A stretch of 36,540 nt of DNA from Gemmatimonadota bacterium. GTDB lineage: Bacteria > Gemmatimonadota > Gemmatimonadetes > JACCXV01 > JAHWKZ01. The notes under the pieces were generated by a model. The model was not told where the DNA came from, did no database searches, and saw nothing but the letters and a program-made list of their open reading frames with translations. The translations under genes were made by a program, and so were the position numbers. Positions 33,273 to 36,540 of this stretch are shown here, one piece after another (position 1 is the stretch's first letter; every line of letters starts with the position of its first letter). The DNA lies in contig JBDHIC010000002.1 of assembly GCA_039589035.1 (NCBI GenBank), forward strand, positions 1 through 36,540. The letters are read 5' to 3'.

Positions 33273-35496
33273 GAGTAAAAGTCGTTGGCGGCGGTCCGGC
33301 GGGGCTCTACCTGGCCATCCTAATGAAGCGAGCCGATCCGGCGCATTGGATCACCGTTTACGAGCGCAACCGACTGGACGACACGTACGGGTTCGGGGTC
33401 GTCTTCTCGGATGCGACGCTCGACAACCTGGCCGCTGCCGACCCGGACACACACGCCCGAATTCTGGCCGAGTTCGCGCATTGGGACGACATCGAGATCC
33501 ACTATCGGGGCGAGGTGATCCGCTCGACGGGTCACGGATTCGCCGGCCTCGATCGCCAACGCTTGCTCGAGATCCTGGGTGAGCGGTGCGACGAGCTGGA
33601 TGTCGAGCTGGAGTTCGAGTCTGAACTCACGACCGTCAAGCAGATGAGCGACGTCGATCTGGTGGTGGCCGCGGACGGTGCGAATTCGATGCTTCGCGAG
33701 CAGCATGCAGCCGATTTCCAGCCCGTCATCGACTGGCGCCCGAACCGCTTCGTCTGGCTGGGCACGACGCGCCCGTTTCCGGCCTTCACGTTTTACTTTA
33801 GGCACGATGGTCATGGGCTTTGGCGTGTACACGCTTACCGATATGCGGAGGGTCGGTCGACGTTTATCGTTGAGACCACCGAGGAGACGCTTGGCGCGGC
33901 CGGGCTAGAAGACGCCTCCGAGAGGGAAACCGTGGCCTTTTGCGAGGCGATGTTTGCGAGCGAGCTGGAGGGTCACCGGCTGATCTCGAATCGCTCGATC
34001 TGGCGCCGGTTTCCGACTGTGAGGAATGGTTCGTGGTCGGTGCGCAACATCGTCCTGATCGGCGATGCCGCACACACCGCCCACTTCTCGGTTGGGTCGG
34101 GGACAAAGCTGGCCATGGAGGATGCCATCGCGCTCAGTGACGCGCTCCGCGTAGAGACCGACGTGCCGACGGCGCTGGCCGCCTACGAGGAGGAGCGACG
34201 CCCCCTGGTCGAGAGCCTGCAACGAGCGGCACAAGCCAGCTTGCAGTGGTTCGAGGGCACAGAGCGCTACATGGAGACCGAGCCCGTCCAGTTCGGCTTT
34301 AACCTGCTGACCCGAAGCCTGCGCATCACGCACGAAGATCTGCGAGTACGCGACCCCGAATTGACGGCGCAGATCGATCGGTGGTTCGCTGAGGAGGCGA
34401 GTCGACAAAGCGGCGTGCCGATCGACCTTGACGACCCGCCACCGCCCCTCTTCACACCGTTCAAGCTGCGGGAGATGGTGTTGGCCAATCGGGTCGTCGT
34501 CTCGGCGATGTGCCAGTACTCAGCCGAAGATGGCAGCCCGACCGACTGGCACTTCGTTCATCTCGGGAGCCGAGCCGTCGGTGGCGCCGGGTTGGTGTTT
34601 TCGGAGATGACTGATATCAGCCGCGAGGCACGGATCTCGCCCGGCTGCGCCGGCATGTATCGACCCGAACACGTCGCGGCCTGGAAGCGAATCGTCGACT
34701 TCGTGCACGACAACACCGAGGCCAAGATCGGTCTACAGCTCGGTCATGCCGGCCGGAAAGGGTCGACTCGGTTGGCGTGGGAGGGGATGGACGAGCCGCT
34801 CGAAAGCGGAAACTGGGAGATCGTGGGTCCATCACCGATCCCGTACTTCCCGCACAGCCAGGTGCCGCGGGAGATGGATCGCGACGACATGGACGCGATC
34901 CGGGACGACTTCGTGCGCGCCGCGAAGATGGCCGAGGAAGCCGGGTTCGACATCATCGAACTCCACTTCGCGCACGGCTATCTGCTGGCCAGCTTCGTGT
35001 CACCGTTGACCAACCAACGTCGTGACGAGTATGGGGGATCGCTCGAGAATCGGTTGCGGTTTCCGCTCGAGGTGTTGGACGCTGTCCGCGCGGTGTGGCC
35101 CGAGCACAAACCGATCTCGGTCCGGATCTCGGCGGTCGATTGGGCACCCGGCGGGACCGAGGTAACCGACGCGGTCGAGATCGCGCGGACGCTCAAGGCT
35201 CACGGCTGCAGACACTGCCCGACGCCAAGCCAATCTACGGCCGTCAGTTTCAAACCCCGTTCAGCGACCGGATTCGTCACGAGGCAGAAATCCCGACGAT
35301 GGCGGTCGGCAACATCTCGTCGTACATGGACGTGAACACGATCCTGGCCGCCGGTCGGGCCGATCTGTGTGCACTCGCCCGGGCTCACCTGTGGGATCCG
35401 TACTGGACACGGAACGCGGCGCAGAAGCTGGGATACTCGTTGCCGTGGCCCAAGCCCTATTCGGTGCTCGACGACTATCGACCACGTTTCGAGTGA
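33269..35496 (+). pseudogene. Fused FAD aromatic monooxygenase / OYE-type FMN reductase (2-aminobenzoyl-CoA monooxygenase/reductase-like; also annotated in databases as salicylyl-CoA 5-hydroxylase), frame-disrupted near 35209
   Basis: N-terminal 'VKVVGGGPAGLYLA...GDAAHTAHFSVGSGTKLAMEDA'. OYE domain 'CQYSAEDG...HAGRKGS...IELHFAHGYLLASFVSPLTNQR'. After '..ARTLKAHGC' the frame decays, while the conserved continuation '[36 protein letters not shown]...[16 protein letters not shown]' is in the +1 frame (ORF 35095..35496). Confidence 0.75.
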
Positions 35497-35509
35497 TCGC
35501 GGTGGTCCG

Positions 35510-35937
35510 CTAGGCGGTGGCCTCCCGCACCCAACCGAACGACCGAAACGCCTGGATCGTCACCGCTAGATACCACAGGCCGAGCAGCGGGCCGAGGTCA
35601 AACCGGATGGCATAGCATAGCCCAAGCGAAGAGGAACGTGCCCTCACCGATGTAGACATCCCACCCGACGTCTAGCCCGAGCTGCACGCGCCAGACCAAC
35701 CCTTTGAACTCATCGCCGATCCCATTACCTGCCTCCAGCCAGTACGATCGGATCGCCGCTCAACAGATGGTACAAGCCGAGGCTCGCGATGCTGAGGCTA
35801 ACGGCGAAAACGCAAGCGATCGTCACGATCAACGGGATGGGCAGCGGAACGAAGATCAACGTCGGGTAGGCGACTGTGGCTGCCAGCCCGGAAAAAGCGC
35901 CAACCTGGACCCAACGGAGAGCCATCTCGGTCGACAA
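35510..35937 (-). pseudogene. Small polytopic membrane-protein gene broken by two frameshifts
   Basis: Three consecutive hydrophobic coding-like pieces lie in different frames: '...AYPTLIFVPLPIPLIVTIACVFAVSLSIASLGLYHLLSGDPIVLAGG', then 'GNGIGDEFKGLVWRVQLGLDVGWDVYIGEGTFLFAWAML', then 'AIRFDLGPLLGLWYLAVTIQAFRSFGWVREATA*'. The second break coincides with a GCTATGCTATGC pentanucleotide repeat. Confidence 0.4.
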
Positions 35938-36017
35938 CTTACCGCGCCACCATGGAACGAGTCGAGCAATTGGAGGCCCAGGTTTAACAACCCGACGGTG
36001 AGCACCGTCACATGTCT

Positions 36018-36540
36018 ATGCGAGCAATCTCGAGCCCCGTGACGCTTGGTATGCTGGTCTTCACATTCATCGGATGCGATGGCGATTCCCCCGGCGGCGC
36101 GCCGGTCGATCCAGACCCTCCGGTCGGCAACGCCACGCTTGGCGCTACGGCGTTTGTCGAGAGCTGCGCCGAATGCCACAGCTCCCGCGATGCGTTTGAT
36201 CTCGCTTTCTTCAGCTTTCCCGATTCAACGATCATTCGTCGAGCGGTCTTCCACGTCGATTCGGCGACGGCACGCGACATCGCTGCCCACGTGCGGAGCC
36301 TGCACATGGAGACGGTTGGTCGCGGAACCCGGGTGTTCCAACCCGGCGGTCGGATGGTAGTTGGCGATGTGGCGTTCGCGCTCGAGCTGTTCGGTGCCGA
36401 TGAATGGCCGGTGGGTTTGACAACCGCGGACTTGTTGGCCATCGATCCGCTTGAGGTTTCGGTTGCGGTCCCGATGCCACTGTGGTCGGACGAGATCACC
36501 AATCGCGATTGGATGCCCGACCGACCGCTCACCGCTCAGG
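36018..36540 (+). CDS. Lipoprotein c-type cytochrome (5' partial, runs off the window)
   Basis: Not in the ORF track (no stop in the window). ATG 36018 gives MRAISSPVTLGMLVFTFIGC (lipobox), then 'FVESCAECHSS' (CxxCH). Open to 36540. The listed antisense ORF 36008..36532 is its shadow. Confidence 0.6.
   Translation, partial: MRAISSPVTLGMLVFTFIGCDGDSPGGAPVDPDPPVGNATLGATAFVESCAECHSSRDAFDLAFFSFPDSTIIRRAVFHVDSATARDIAAHVRSLHMETVGRGTRVFQPGGRMVVGDVAFALELFGADEWPVGLTTADLLAIDPLEVSVAVPMPLWSDEITNRDWMPDRPLTAQ

Noticed and set aside
35611-35620. Pentanucleotide tandem repeat (CATAG x2) considered as a phase-variation switch.
   Set aside because: Only two repeat units, and the gene carries a second independent frameshift. 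Decay or a sequencing error is more parsimonious than programmed phase variation.
36008-36532. 174-aa minus-strand ORF at the right edge.
   Set aside because: Ser/Thr/Ala/Pro-rich with no signal or motifs. The plus strand encodes a lipoprotein with CxxCH in the same interval, so this is the antisense shadow.
1-36540. Search by eye for CRISPR arrays, tRNA/rRNA genes, IS elements, retron/DGR-like reverse transcriptases and toxin-antitoxin pairs.
   Set aside because: No regularly spaced direct repeats, no tRNA-like T-loop/acceptor combinations outside coding regions, and no transposase-, integrase- or RT-like translations in the six-frame track.

Overview
GC-rich, densely coding bacterial chromosomal segment with about 36 protein-coding genes. 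I recognised no rRNA, tRNA, CRISPR array, transposase or integrase. All calls come from reading the ORF translations and the DNA by eye; nothing was searched or computed.

Contents, left to right:
- A small thioredoxin-fold ORF and a CHRD-like lipoprotein.
- A minus-strand three-gene quinone-linked electron-transfer operon with no catalytic partner: membrane-anchored octahaem cytochrome c, Tat-exported NrfC-like 4Fe-4S protein, NrfD/PsrC-like membrane subunit.
- Several exported or membrane proteins, including an alginate-export-family outer-membrane protein.
- An amidinotransferase-fold (DDAH/arginine-deiminase-like) enzyme, a Cys/Met-metabolism PLP enzyme and a fused ADP-forming acyl-CoA synthetase.
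- A lipoprotein 5'-nucleotidase.
- A signalling operon: a hybrid histidine kinase (three receivers plus HPt) ATGA-coupled to a REC-PAS-GGDEF-EAL response regulator, preceded by a near-perfect sigma54 promoter.
- A ~700 bp AT-richer intergenic region carrying a sigma70-like promoter and what looks like a c-di-GMP-I (GEMM-I) riboswitch, in front of an uncharacterised acidic lipoprotein.
- Divergent NHEJ genes ligD and ku.
- A MerR-TPR protein, kynA and kynU (tryptophan to anthranilate).
- An aerobic 2-aminobenzoyl-CoA ('abm'-type) cluster: CoA ligase, creatininase-family hydrolase, SDR, RidA, crotonase, acyl-CoA dehydrogenase and a fused FAD-monooxygenase/OYE reductase. The last, key gene is frame-disrupted.
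- A decayed small membrane-protein gene, and the 5' part of a c-type cytochrome lipoprotein running off the right edge.

Most interesting points:
- The apparently self-contained c-di-GMP circuit: sigma54 promoter, phosphorelay kinase, GGDEF-EAL regulator, riboswitch, unknown lipoprotein.
- The tryptophan-to-aminobenzoyl-CoA gene set, which has no recognisable kynurenine formamidase and a broken key enzyme.
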